This document shows positions 24,821-33,827 of a stretch of DNA of 42,079 bases, piece by piece. The notes beneath the pieces were generated by a model. The model was not told where the DNA came from and ran no database searches. It worked only from the letters and a program-made list of their open reading frames with translations. Within the stretch, counting starts at the first letter, position 1. Every line of letters begins with the position of its first letter. The stretch is taken from positions 1-42,079 of the IMG/VR virus record IMGVR_UViG_3300031519_000060. One strand, 5' to 3'. Source of the DNA: a virus (taxonomy: Duplodnaviria > Caudoviricetes). The translations under genes were made by a program, and so were the position numbers.

Positions 24821-25324
24821 ATGCAAAAGAAAGTATTAAGCGAACAAGCTCTATATTATGGTGATGTTTCAATGCCAAAAGGTTTTGAAATAAATTCTTT
24901 ACAATTATCTCAATCTATTTTGGAATCTTTTTATAATAAAAAAAAATTTACATTTTCTAAAAGTTGGGACATGCTTAATACTTATATGAAAGATTATATA
25001 AGATTACATTATAAAATGAATTTAGTTAATAAAGATTCATGGGCTAACGCATATATTCCAAATGAAAAAACAGAATCTTTATTGCATATTGATCCAGTCG
25101 ATTTAAGAAACTCACCTGATTATACATGTTTATATGGAATTAACACAATTGATTGTATGGTTAGAATTTATTATGACGATAATAGAAGAAAGGGAAAATC
25201 TTGGGATATAGAATTAAGAAACAATATGTTTATAATGTTTCCATCAACTAGTATGTATTATTTAACTAACAATCAAAAAGATTCATTAAACTTTGTTCAA
25301 ACTATAACTTATGAATATATCTAA
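24821..25324 (+). CDS. Degenerate 2OG-Fe(II) oxygenase-fold protein
   Basis: HID and MFPS present, but the distal His is absent (FPSTSMYY). Confidence 0.55.
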   Translation: MQKKVLSEQALYYGDVSMPKGFEINSLQLSQSILESFYNKKKFTFSKSWDMLNTYMKDYIRLHYKMNLVNKDSWANAYIPNEKTESLLHIDPVDLRNSPDYTCLYGINTIDCMVRIYYDDNRRKGKSWDIELRNNMFIMFPSTSMYYLTNNQKDSLNFVQTITYEYI

Positions 25325-25946
25325 TTACTATTGGTATTTTCCTGCAGCACTTACACCAAAGTTTTGTGATGATGTAATACAATATGCTAATTCACAAAAA
25401 GAAGAAATGGCTAGAACAGGTGGCTATGAAGATAAAAAATTAGACAAAGATCAAATTAAAAATATGCAAAGAAAAAGAAAGTCAGATTTAGTTTGGTTAA
25501 ATGATGCTTGGATATATAAAGAATTACATCCTTATGTTAACACAGCAAATAAAAATGCTGGTTGGAATTTTGAATGGGATAAATCAGAATCGTGTCAGTT
25601 TACAAAATATAAACACAACCAATATTATGATTGGCATTGTGATAGTTGGGATAAACCTTATAAAAGAAAAGAAGGAGATCCTGATAATGGTAAGATTCGA
25701 AAACTATCTATGACTTGTCAATTAACAGATGGTTCAGAATACACAGGTGGTGAATTAGAATTTGATTTTAGAAACTATGATCCACATATGAGAGACGAAG
25801 CTAAACACTTGCAAAGAGCAAAAGAGATTTTACCAAAAGGATCTATTATTGTATTTCCTTCTTTTGTTTGGCATAGAGTTAAACCCGTGACATCAGGCAC
25901 AAGATACAGTCTTGTAGTATGGCATTTAGGAAGGCCCTTTAAATAA
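25311..25946 (+). CDS. 2OG-Fe(II) oxygenase, PKHD / prolyl-4-hydroxylase-like
   Basis: YDWHCD, RKLS, Y.GGEL, FPSFVWHRVKPVTSGTRYSLV. Confidence 0.9.
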   Translation: MNISNYYWYFPAALTPKFCDDVIQYANSQKEEMARTGGYEDKKLDKDQIKNMQRKRKSDLVWLNDAWIYKELHPYVNTANKNAGWNFEWDKSESCQFTKYKHNQYYDWHCDSWDKPYKRKEGDPDNGKIRKLSMTCQLTDGSEYTGGELEFDFRNYDPHMRDEAKHLQRAKEILPKGSIIVFPSFVWHRVKPVTSGTRYSLVVWHLGRPFK

Positions 25947-25947
25947 T

Positions 25948-26586
25948 ATGAATATAGATAACTTTTTTAAAACAACCATTTGGTCAGAACACAAACCAGA
26001 GTTTGTAAAATCTTTAACACAAGCAACTAACAAATATATTAAAGATGTTAAAAATTCTCCAGAAGCTAAAGACCATATAAAAAAGTTTGGAGATTTTGGA
26101 AGACCTTATAATTCGCATCCTCTCTTTAATGATAATGATTTTTTAGATTTTAGAAATTACATTGGCCTAAAGTCTTGGGAGTATTTAGATCATGAAGGTT
26201 TTGATATGCAACAATATACAACTATGTTTAGTGAGTTGTGGGTTCAAGAGTTTGCTAAAAAAGGTGGTGGATATCATTCAGCACACGTACATTCTAATCA
26301 ACACGTATCAGGGTTTTATTTTTTAAAGTGTAGTGATAAAACATCTTACCCAATATTTCATGAACCACGTGGTGGAGCAAGAGCCACAAAATTAAAAATG
26401 AAACCAAATGAAAAAGGTATATGGAATGGTAATGAGCTTATCCATTTTAAACCTATACCAGGTACATTAATTATCTTTCCAGGATTTTTAGAACACGAAT
26501 TTAGTCTAGACTTTGGTAAGGAGCCTTTTAGATTTATACACTGGAACATACAAGCTGTACCAAAAGAGATGGCTAAAGATGTTTAA
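25948..26586 (+). CDS. 2OG-Fe(II) oxygenase, TIGR02466-like
   Basis: HSAHVH..SGFYF..F.EPR..FPGFLEH..RFIHWN. Confidence 0.85.
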   Translation: MNIDNFFKTTIWSEHKPEFVKSLTQATNKYIKDVKNSPEAKDHIKKFGDFGRPYNSHPLFNDNDFLDFRNYIGLKSWEYLDHEGFDMQQYTTMFSELWVQEFAKKGGGYHSAHVHSNQHVSGFYFLKCSDKTSYPIFHEPRGGARATKLKMKPNEKGIWNGNELIHFKPIPGTLIIFPGFLEHEFSLDFGKEPFRFIHWNIQAVPKEMAKDV

Positions 26587-27031
26587 AATATACAAAAATA
26601 TTTTAAAAAAAACAGAGAAAGAAAAACTTCTTAAATTTATTAAAAAAGAAGTTAAAGATTTAAAAGGAGGCTTTCCCGGTTTACAAACATTAAATGACAT
26701 TCATTTAAAACCAGCAATGAAAACTTTTGTAAAATCGGTAGAAAAATATATAAAACCATATAAAATATCTATGTGTTGGGGGGTGTGTTCAATAGGCGAT
26801 GTAATAGCTTGGCACCAACATTACAATTGTAAATATTCTTTTGTTTACTATTTACATAATCCAAATGAAGAAGGAACTATGTTTGCAGAACCTACATCAG
26901 ATTATGATTTTGTAAAATACACGAAGGGTGTTGAAAATACTTTGTTAAAATTTGATAGTTTAAAAATTCACTCAACACCAAATACCTATAAAAAAATAAA
27001 AAGATACACAATATCTTTTGATGTAATATGA
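26579..27031 (+). CDS. 2OG-Fe(II) oxygenase-like protein
   Basis: WHQH..SFVYYL..GT.F..FDS..IHSTP..RYTISF; likely start 26579. Confidence 0.75.
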   Translation: MFKIYKNILKKTEKEKLLKFIKKEVKDLKGGFPGLQTLNDIHLKPAMKTFVKSVEKYIKPYKISMCWGVCSIGDVIAWHQHYNCKYSFVYYLHNPNEEGTMFAEPTSDYDFVKYTKGVENTLLKFDSLKIHSTPNTYKKIKRYTISFDVI

Positions 27032-27510
27032 GTTTTAAAATAATAGATAATTATTTAAATATAGACGAGTTTTTAATTTTAAAAACTATAATGGAATCTG
27101 ATTCTTTTCCGTGGTTTTATAATGAAATAAAAGTAGCAAAAGATAAAAATCTTTTTCATTATCAATTTTGTCACAATTTTTATATAAATGATGAAGTTAA
27201 TTCTGGTTATTTTAATAACTTAAAACCACTTATTAACAAATTAAAACCTTTATCGTTAATTAGAATAAAAGCAAATTTAAACCCCATATCTCACAAGCTA
27301 GTAGAATTTACACCTCATCAAGATCAAAAATTTAAATGTAAGATAGCTCTTTTTTATCTTAATAATAATAATGGATATACAATAATTGATAAAGAAAAAA
27401 TAAATAGTAAAGAAAATAGAATGGTTTTATTTAATTCTGACGTAGCTCATTATGGAACTAATTCTACTGATTGTAAAAATAGAATGGTAATAAATTTTAA
27501 TTATTTTTAA
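27028..27510 (+). CDS. 2OG-Fe(II) oxygenase-like protein
   Basis: FPWF, PHQD, YLN.NNGYT, ENR..F.S...HYG, RMVINFNY. Confidence 0.8.
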   Translation: MSFKIIDNYLNIDEFLILKTIMESDSFPWFYNEIKVAKDKNLFHYQFCHNFYINDEVNSGYFNNLKPLINKLKPLSLIRIKANLNPISHKLVEFTPHQDQKFKCKIALFYLNNNNGYTIIDKEKINSKENRMVLFNSDVAHYGTNSTDCKNRMVINFNYF

Positions 27511-27511
27511 T

Positions 27512-28090
27512 ATGAGTTTTAAAAAATATAATTTACCCAAAAATAGTTTTATTCAAGGTTGGTATATGCCTGAAAAAATTTGTGATAGTTTAATTAATTA
27601 CTTTAAAAATAATAAAGAAAAAGCTAAACCAGGAGTAATTTATAATAAAGGAAATAATACTACTGACAAAAAAATTAAAAATTCTCTTGATATTAATTTA
27701 GACAATAATCCTTTTAATAAAGATGTTTATGAATACAGATTGCAGCTACAAGAAATTTTAAATCTATATATAAAAGAATATCCTGAAGTACATAATCTTG
27801 ATAATTTTATTATTGAAAATGTTAATCTTCAATGGTATCCTAAAAAAGGTGGTTATAAAGAATGGCATTCAGAAAGAGGATCAAAATATAATATGGATAG
27901 AGTTTTAGTTTTTATGACTTATTTAAATAATGTAAAAAATGGTGGAACTTATTTTAAATATCAAGATACACACACACCAGCAATAAAAGGACTAACTTTA
28001 ATTTGGCCACCAGATTGGACACATACTCACAAAGGTGAGGTAAGTAATAGCGAAAAAATAATAGCTACAGGTTGGTTTAAATTTTTATGA
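27512..28090 (+). CDS. 2OG-Fe(II) oxygenase, prolyl-hydroxylase-like
   Basis: WHSER..RVLVFMTYLN..GGT.F..WPPDWTHTHKG..K.IATGW. Confidence 0.85.
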   Translation: MSFKKYNLPKNSFIQGWYMPEKICDSLINYFKNNKEKAKPGVIYNKGNNTTDKKIKNSLDINLDNNPFNKDVYEYRLQLQEILNLYIKEYPEVHNLDNFIIENVNLQWYPKKGGYKEWHSERGSKYNMDRVLVFMTYLNNVKNGGTYFKYQDTHTPAIKGLTLIWPPDWTHTHKGEVSNSEKIIATGWFKFL

Positions 28091-28710
28091 GTTTTAAAAA
28101 AAATAAATACACAATTATTCGTCAAGCTATATCAAAAGACCTAGCAGCTTTTGTTGCAAATTATTTTAGTATGCAAAAACAAGTTTATGATACTTGTATA
28201 GAACATAGATATTTTTCACCTTTTGAACATATACTTGGATTCTACGAAGGTAAAGATGGACAAATACCTAACACTTATTCTCAATATGCTAATATTGCTA
28301 TGGAAACTTTAATGCTTAAATGTCAACCAGAAATGGAAAAAGCAACAGGATTAAAATTATATCCAGCTTATACTTATGCACGAATTTATAAAAAAGGTGA
28401 TATTCTTGAAAGACACAAAGATAGATTTAGTTGTGAAATATCTACGACTATGAATTTAGGTGGTGATGATTGGCCAATCTATTTAGAGCCATCTGGAAAA
28501 GAAAGTATGAAAGGGATTAAGATAAATTTAAAACCAGGAGATATGCTGGTTTATTCTGGCTGTGAGCTAGAACATTGGAGAGAAAAATTTAAAGGTACTG
28601 AATGCGTACAAGTATTTCTTCATTATAACAATCGTAAAACACCAGGTGCTAAAGACAATATGTTTGACAAGCGTAAACATTTAGGTCTTCCTTCTTGGTT
28701 TAAACGATGA
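28087..28710 (+). CDS. 2OG-Fe(II) oxygenase-like protein
   Basis: Y.YARIY..RHKDRFSCEIS..PGDMLVYSGCELEHWRE..QVFLHY. Confidence 0.85.
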   Translation: MSFKKNKYTIIRQAISKDLAAFVANYFSMQKQVYDTCIEHRYFSPFEHILGFYEGKDGQIPNTYSQYANIAMETLMLKCQPEMEKATGLKLYPAYTYARIYKKGDILERHKDRFSCEISTTMNLGGDDWPIYLEPSGKESMKGIKINLKPGDMLVYSGCELEHWREKFKGTECVQVFLHYNNRKTPGAKDNMFDKRKHLGLPSWFKR

Positions 28711-28724
28711 TATAATTTTATAAT

Positions 28725-28762
28725 GGATGCAGCGGACACACCACATACCATCTGCTGCATCC
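28725..28762 (+). ncRNA. Hairpin RNA / putative sRNA with a C-rich loop
   Basis: 12-bp stem GGATGCAGCGGA/TCTGCTGCATCC; loop CACACCACATACCA; extended -10 TGATATAAT at 28708-28716. Confidence 0.55.
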
Positions 28763-28772
28763 TTTATAAGAA

Positions 28773-29084
28773 ATGAAAGATTTTTATCAAAAATTAAAAG
28801 ATATTATTTTAGCAAATAATAAACAAAAAAATACTGAGCTTTGGGATGTTGAAGGAATACTTCATAATCAAAAATTTAAATTTGATACAAGACCAATTCA
28901 AAATAATGCTAAAATAGGAAATTTTAAAACTAAAGCTGATAAAATGGTGTTTAATATGAAGAATGAATATATTGTTGTTGATGTAGAAGAATTACATAAA
29001 TATATTAAAAATAATCAACTAAAAGATATCCATTTACAAGATTTGCTATCCAAGTTAGAGTGGAATATAATACTACCAAAATAA
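28773..29084 (+). CDS. Hypothetical protein, possibly a degenerate PD-(D/E)XK fold
   Basis: WDVEG..FKFD..TKADKMVF; 103 aa. Confidence 0.6.
   Translation: MKDFYQKLKDIILANNKQKNTELWDVEGILHNQKFKFDTRPIQNNAKIGNFKTKADKMVFNMKNEYIVVDVEELHKYIKNNQLKDIHLQDLLSKLEWNIILPK
29043..29071 (+). promoter_or_regulatory. Sigma70 promoter
   Basis: TTGCTA-17nt-TATAAT. Confidence 0.6.
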
Positions 29085-29109
29085 TAAAAACCCTATATAA
29101 TACTAGGTT

Positions 29110-31074
29110 ATGTTACAGAAACTCAATTTTAAACCAGGATTTAATAAACAAGCCACTGAATCAGGGGCCGAAAGTGAATGGGTAGATGGAGACTTTGTAA
29201 GATTTAGATATGGTTTACCTGAAAAAATAGGTGGTTGGGAACAACTTACCGTTGCTAATGAAACTTTACCAGGTGCTGCTAGAAGCCAACTTGCTTTTAG
29301 TAGTTTCAAAGGTGAAAACTATACAGCTATAGGAACCTCTCAAGGTTTATTTTTATATTATGGAGAAGCTTTTTATGACATTACTCCTTTAGATACAGCA
29401 ATTACTGGAGCAACGTTTGACACTGTTGAAGGTTCTAATATTGTTACAGTAAATAAAACATCACATAATTTAGCTGTTGGTAGATACATTACTTTTACAG
29501 GAGTTGTAACTCCTAATGGATTTACGAGTTCATCAACATTTACTGAAGGTGCTTTTGAAATATTAACTGTGCCTACTGCTAATACTTTTACTATTCAAAC
29601 TCCAATTGCAGCTGTTGCAGGTGCTTCATCTGGAACAGGGGGAGCTACAATTAATCCTTATGTTATAGTTGGACCAACAACTCAAACAGTTGGTTATGGT
29701 TGGGGAACTTATTTATGGAATGATTCTACTTGGGGAACTGAACGATCTACAAGTAATGTGGTTCTGGCACCAGGAAACTGGAGCCTTGATAATTTTGGTG
29801 AGGTATTAGTTGCAACTATATTTAATGGTGAAACATTTACTTGGAATGCGGGAGCATCTGGACCAAGAGCTATAAGAGCTTCACAGTCTACAACTAATTT
29901 CAACACAACAAACAATCCAACAGCCACAAGAATTACTATTGTATCAGATAGAGACAGACATTTGTTTCACCTTGGAACTGAGACAACTATCGGAGATTCT
30001 TCGACACAAGACCCAATGTTTGTAAGATTTTCTAATCAAGAAGATTTAAATACATATGCACCTACAGCAACTAACACTGCGGGTACATTTAGATTAGATA
30101 CAGGTAATGAGATTAGAGCAGCCATACAAGGTAAAGATTATATTTTTGTAACAACTGATTTAGCTGCATATGTAATTCAATTTGTTGGTCCACCATTTAC
30201 TTTCTCTGTTAGACAAGTAGGTACTAACTGTGGATGTATTGGTCAACATGCAATGTCATATGCAAATGGAGCTGTATGGTGGATGTCAGGTGAAGGTGGT
30301 TTTTTTGTATATGATGGTACAGTTAAATCTTTACCATGTCTTGTAGAAGATTTTGTATACTCAACTGATGGAGATAATTTAGGATTAAATTATGATGCAG
30401 CAGACGTTATTTATTCTGCGCCTAATTCTTTGTACACAGAAATAAATTGGTTTTATCCTAAAGCAGGTTCAACTCAGATTGATAGATGTGTTACATACAA
30501 TTATTCAGAAAATGTATTTACAACTTCATCATTAGATAGAACTACCTATCAAGACCAAGGTGTCTTTCAAGTACCTTATGCTACAGATTATGATGATAGT
30601 GCAACCCCAGTATTCTCTGCCATATCTGGTATAACTAACAAATACGGAGCCTCTATATATTATGCTCACGAAGTAGGTGATGATCAAATAAACAGTTCAG
30701 GCACCACGTCTATTGATGCATTTATACAATCTGGAGACTATGATATTACCTCTCGTAAAAGCGCATTGGGTCAGGCAACGGGGGTTGTTGATTATAGAGG
30801 AGATGGAGAGTTCTTTATGTCAGTTAAAAGATTTATACCTGATTTTAAATATTTACGAGGAGATGCTACAGTTACATTATTTGTAAGTTCTTACCCTGAT
30901 GATACAGCGGTTAGTTCACCACTTGGACCCTTTACAATTACAAACTCTACTGATAAAGTAGATACTAGAGCAAGGGGTAGATTAGTATCTCTTAAAATTT
31001 CAAATGACGCTGTAGGTGAGTCATGGAGATATGGTACACTTAGAGTTGATGCACAACCAGACGGCAGAAGATAA
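29110..31074 (+). CDS. Tail nozzle / tail tubular protein B (P22 gp10-like beta-propeller)
   Basis: FKPG..W.DGD.VRFR.G.PEKIGGW; DPMFVRFS.QED; NCG.IG; DTRARGR; 654 aa. Confidence 0.8.
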   Translation: MLQKLNFKPGFNKQATESGAESEWVDGDFVRFRYGLPEKIGGWEQLTVANETLPGAARSQLAFSSFKGENYTAIGTSQGLFLYYGEAFYDITPLDTAITGATFDTVEGSNIVTVNKTSHNLAVGRYITFTGVVTPNGFTSSSTFTEGAFEILTVPTANTFTIQTPIAAVAGASSGTGGATINPYVIVGPTTQTVGYGWGTYLWNDSTWGTERSTSNVVLAPGNWSLDNFGEVLVATIFNGETFTWNAGASGPRAIRASQSTTNFNTTNNPTATRITIVSDRDRHLFHLGTETTIGDSSTQDPMFVRFSNQEDLNTYAPTATNTAGTFRLDTGNEIRAAIQGKDYIFVTTDLAAYVIQFVGPPFTFSVRQVGTNCGCIGQHAMSYANGAVWWMSGEGGFFVYDGTVKSLPCLVEDFVYSTDGDNLGLNYDAADVIYSAPNSLYTEINWFYPKAGSTQIDRCVTYNYSENVFTTSSLDRTTYQDQGVFQVPYATDYDDSATPVFSAISGITNKYGASIYYAHEVGDDQINSSGTTSIDAFIQSGDYDITSRKSALGQATGVVDYRGDGEFFMSVKRFIPDFKYLRGDATVTLFVSSYPDDTAVSSPLGPFTITNSTDKVDTRARGRLVSLKISNDAVGESWRYGTLRVDAQPDGRR

Positions 31075-32210
31075 TGATAGATAAAAGAATAACTACTAGA
31101 AAAAATTTTCAAGGTGGAGGTAAAGATGCTTCTACAACTTCTTTTTCAGAATCTTATGATAGAGCAGCTGTAAAAGCTGGTCTTCCTGATCCTAAAACTA
31201 GAACTAAAGCTAATAAAACTGTAGACAGAGAACAAAGAGAAGGTCAAGATCAAGCAGATAGAGATAATAGAAGAATTGAATTAAACAGACTTGCTAGACA
31301 ATCAGCAGCAGAAAAAGAACCTGATGTAGTTAAAAAGAACCCATTTCAAAGAGCTGGTGGAGGAATAGGATCATTGCTAATGTCTATACTTGGATTTGCT
31401 ATGGGTATTCCAGGTCTTGGGTTAGCCTTTTCTAAAAAAGGAATGAATTTTATGAACAAAAAATTAAGAGGAACTAATAAAGATGGTAGTATTAGAACTC
31501 AAGCAGAATATGAACAATCAATGGAAGACAAACGACAACAAAACAGAGTAACTAAATTATTAAAAGCAAGAGATAGAGGTTACAATCAAATTGGTTTTGG
31601 AGATTTTACTAAAAAAACTGTGGACTTTACTCCAAATCAACAAGCTTTACTAAATGATTTAATTGCACAAGGTTATGGACCTACTTCTTTAAACAACCCT
31701 AACCCTACATTTGAAACAGGCAATCCAGAAATGAATTTAAATGATACTATAAAAGAGTTAGCTTCACCTAGTCTTAATAATATTAATAATAATGATTTTA
31801 TAGGTACTACTGGACAGTCATCAGAATTTAATACAGGTTTAATAAATGAGTTTGAACAATCTCCACAATTTAAAGAAAGTTTAATAAATGAGTTTGAAGT
31901 TGCAGATAAAGGTATAATGGATTCCAATGCAGCTTTTGCTTTTGGTCTTCCTTATGGAACTGCTGATGATCAAGGAGCTAATCTTTTAGGAGTACCTGAA
32001 ATGACTGCAGCTTTACCAAACAATAATTTAATGGCTTTTGCACCAAATAGTATTAATGATAGAAAACTTAAAAATCTTTATTCAGGTTATGAAAACTTAG
32101 GTATTAAAGATCCTCAACTGATAGATTTAATGCAACAAGATTTACTAGAAAATAAAGAAAAAGGAACTCCTCTTTCTTTACCACAAAGCACATATAGTTT
32201 AATAGGATAA
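31074..32210 (+). CDS. Hypothetical protein, possibly internal virion protein
   Basis: TAATG coupling; central Gly-rich hydrophobic segment; N-terminal RKNFQGGG. Confidence 0.65.
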   Translation: MIDKRITTRKNFQGGGKDASTTSFSESYDRAAVKAGLPDPKTRTKANKTVDREQREGQDQADRDNRRIELNRLARQSAAEKEPDVVKKNPFQRAGGGIGSLLMSILGFAMGIPGLGLAFSKKGMNFMNKKLRGTNKDGSIRTQAEYEQSMEDKRQQNRVTKLLKARDRGYNQIGFGDFTKKTVDFTPNQQALLNDLIAQGYGPTSLNNPNPTFETGNPEMNLNDTIKELASPSLNNINNNDFIGTTGQSSEFNTGLINEFEQSPQFKESLINEFEVADKGIMDSNAAFAFGLPYGTADDQGANLLGVPEMTAALPNNNLMAFAPNSINDRKLKNLYSGYENLGIKDPQLIDLMQQDLLENKEKGTPLSLPQSTYSLIG

Positions 32211-32374
32211 TGGCAAAAATAAGTAACTATATACCGGAACCTAAAGAAGAATATGAAGTAGAAAATCAAAGACAAATACTTGAGTCTTTAAATACCATGA
32301 AACAACAACTTAATTTTTCTTTTCAACAAGACTTAAAAAATGAACTAGATACATTTAATTATTTTTTATCATGA
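32210..32374 (+). CDS. 54-aa tail-associated small protein (MAKISNYIPEPKEEYEVENQRQI...)
   Basis: Translated by hand; TAATG and ATGA overlaps on either side. Confidence 0.7.
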   Translation: MAKISNYIPEPKEEYEVENQRQILESLNTMKQQLNFSFQQDLKNELDTFNYFLS

Positions 32375-32721
32375 GTATATTTTATAAAAATCAAGGTTTT
32401 AAACAAACTGATACAGCTAAAGCAACAGTGCTTACTTGCCCTGTTGATGGAGCAATTATAGTTAAAAGTATATATTGTGCAAACAATGATGGATCCTCAG
32501 CTATTTTAGTGAATATGAATTTTGTTGACTCATCAGATTCCAATACTGAATATGAATTTTTTAGAGATGACGTAGCAGCTAAGTCACAAATAAATGCTTC
32601 ACCGGAGGGCTTGAATTTAGAAGCAGGTGATGCTATAACTGTACAAGCAGCCACAGGAAGTAGTAAAATACAAGGCCTGATAAGTTATGCTTTAATAAAC
32701 AGAGAGAATGAAAACGGATAA
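32371..32721 (+). CDS. Small beta-sandwich virion protein
   Basis: LTCP..IVKSI..N..LNLEAGD.I.VQA. Confidence 0.65.
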   Translation: MSIFYKNQGFKQTDTAKATVLTCPVDGAIIVKSIYCANNDGSSAILVNMNFVDSSDSNTEYEFFRDDVAAKSQINASPEGLNLEAGDAITVQAATGSSKIQGLISYALINRENENG

Positions 32722-32908
32722 CATATATAAAATAGATTGTACGACTATAACTACTTATAGAAATACAAAAACAAATGAAACGTTTAATGAGAAAGTAGAA
32801 GGACCTGATATTGTACAAGACGTAGTAGTTCAGGTTTCTCCTAAAGGATTAGACTTAATGCAGAAAGTGATGAATAAACAAAATGAAACAGAGAAATCAA
32901 AACCCTAA
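32708..32908 (+). CDS. Small hypothetical protein
   Basis: 66 aa; overlaps both neighbours. Confidence 0.6.
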   Translation: MKTDNIYKIDCTTITTYRNTKTNETFNEKVEGPDIVQDVVVQVSPKGLDLMQKVMNKQNETEKSKP

Positions 32909-33827
32909 AGGCGGAACTGAGTTACAGTTTAGTTATTTAGAAAAATACGTAGACAAAAAATTATTAAATCAAGTACAGATTACAACATCAGTGCCTGAAA
33001 AAATTCCATTACACCCTACAAAATTAAATATACTTTGGCAAAAAAATTCTTGGGATCAACCTAATTTATATCCATGGTTTAAAGATAAAACTAATCATAA
33101 AAAATATGATTGGTATGTATTTAATTCACATTGGACTTATGAAAAATTTAGAATGATGTTTGGATTACCATTAGAAAAATGTGTAGTAATTAAAAATGGT
33201 ATTGAAAAAATACAAAAAGCTACACCTTATGAGAAAGGTAAACCAATTAAAATTATACATCAAAATACACCTTGGAGAGGACTAAGCGTATTACTAGGTG
33301 CTATGCAATTAGTTAAGAATCCTTTAATTACTTTAGATGTATATTCATCTACAGAAGTTTATGGAAAAGATTTTTATGAAAAGAATGATCATAATTACAA
33401 AGGTCTTTATGAACAAGCTCAGAAATTACCTAATGTAAATTACATTGGTTATAGACCAAATAGTTATATTACAGATAATATGCATAAATATAACATGTAT
33501 GTGTATCCTAGTATTTTTGAAGAAACTTTTTGCATATCTTTATTAGAAGCTATGGCAGGTGGATTATATTGTATTACAACAAACTTAGGAGCTATATTTG
33601 AAACAGGTGCAGAGTTTCCAATGTACATTCCTTATGATGATAATCATAGAAGATTAGCCTCTAAATTTGGATTTGGTATTGAAGCTGCGGCTAATACTTT
33701 ACATCAACAACAAATACATAATCATATAGATTCACAATCTCACTACGCTAACATATATTATAACTGGAGTAAGATAGGTTCAGCATGGACAAGATTTTTA
33801 CAAGGAGCTATTAATGCAAAAAAGTAA
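32883..33827 (+). CDS. Glycosyltransferase, GT-B (GT4-like)
   Basis: GGTE, FNSHW, IKNG, PWRGL, YPSIFEETFCISLLEAMAGG. Confidence 0.85.
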   Translation: MKQRNQNPKGGTELQFSYLEKYVDKKLLNQVQITTSVPEKIPLHPTKLNILWQKNSWDQPNLYPWFKDKTNHKKYDWYVFNSHWTYEKFRMMFGLPLEKCVVIKNGIEKIQKATPYEKGKPIKIIHQNTPWRGLSVLLGAMQLVKNPLITLDVYSSTEVYGKDFYEKNDHNYKGLYEQAQKLPNVNYIGYRPNSYITDNMHKYNMYVYPSIFEETFCISLLEAMAGGLYCITTNLGAIFETGAEFPMYIPYDDNHRRLASKFGFGIEAAANTLHQQQIHNHIDSQSHYANIYYNWSKIGSAWTRFLQGAINAKK

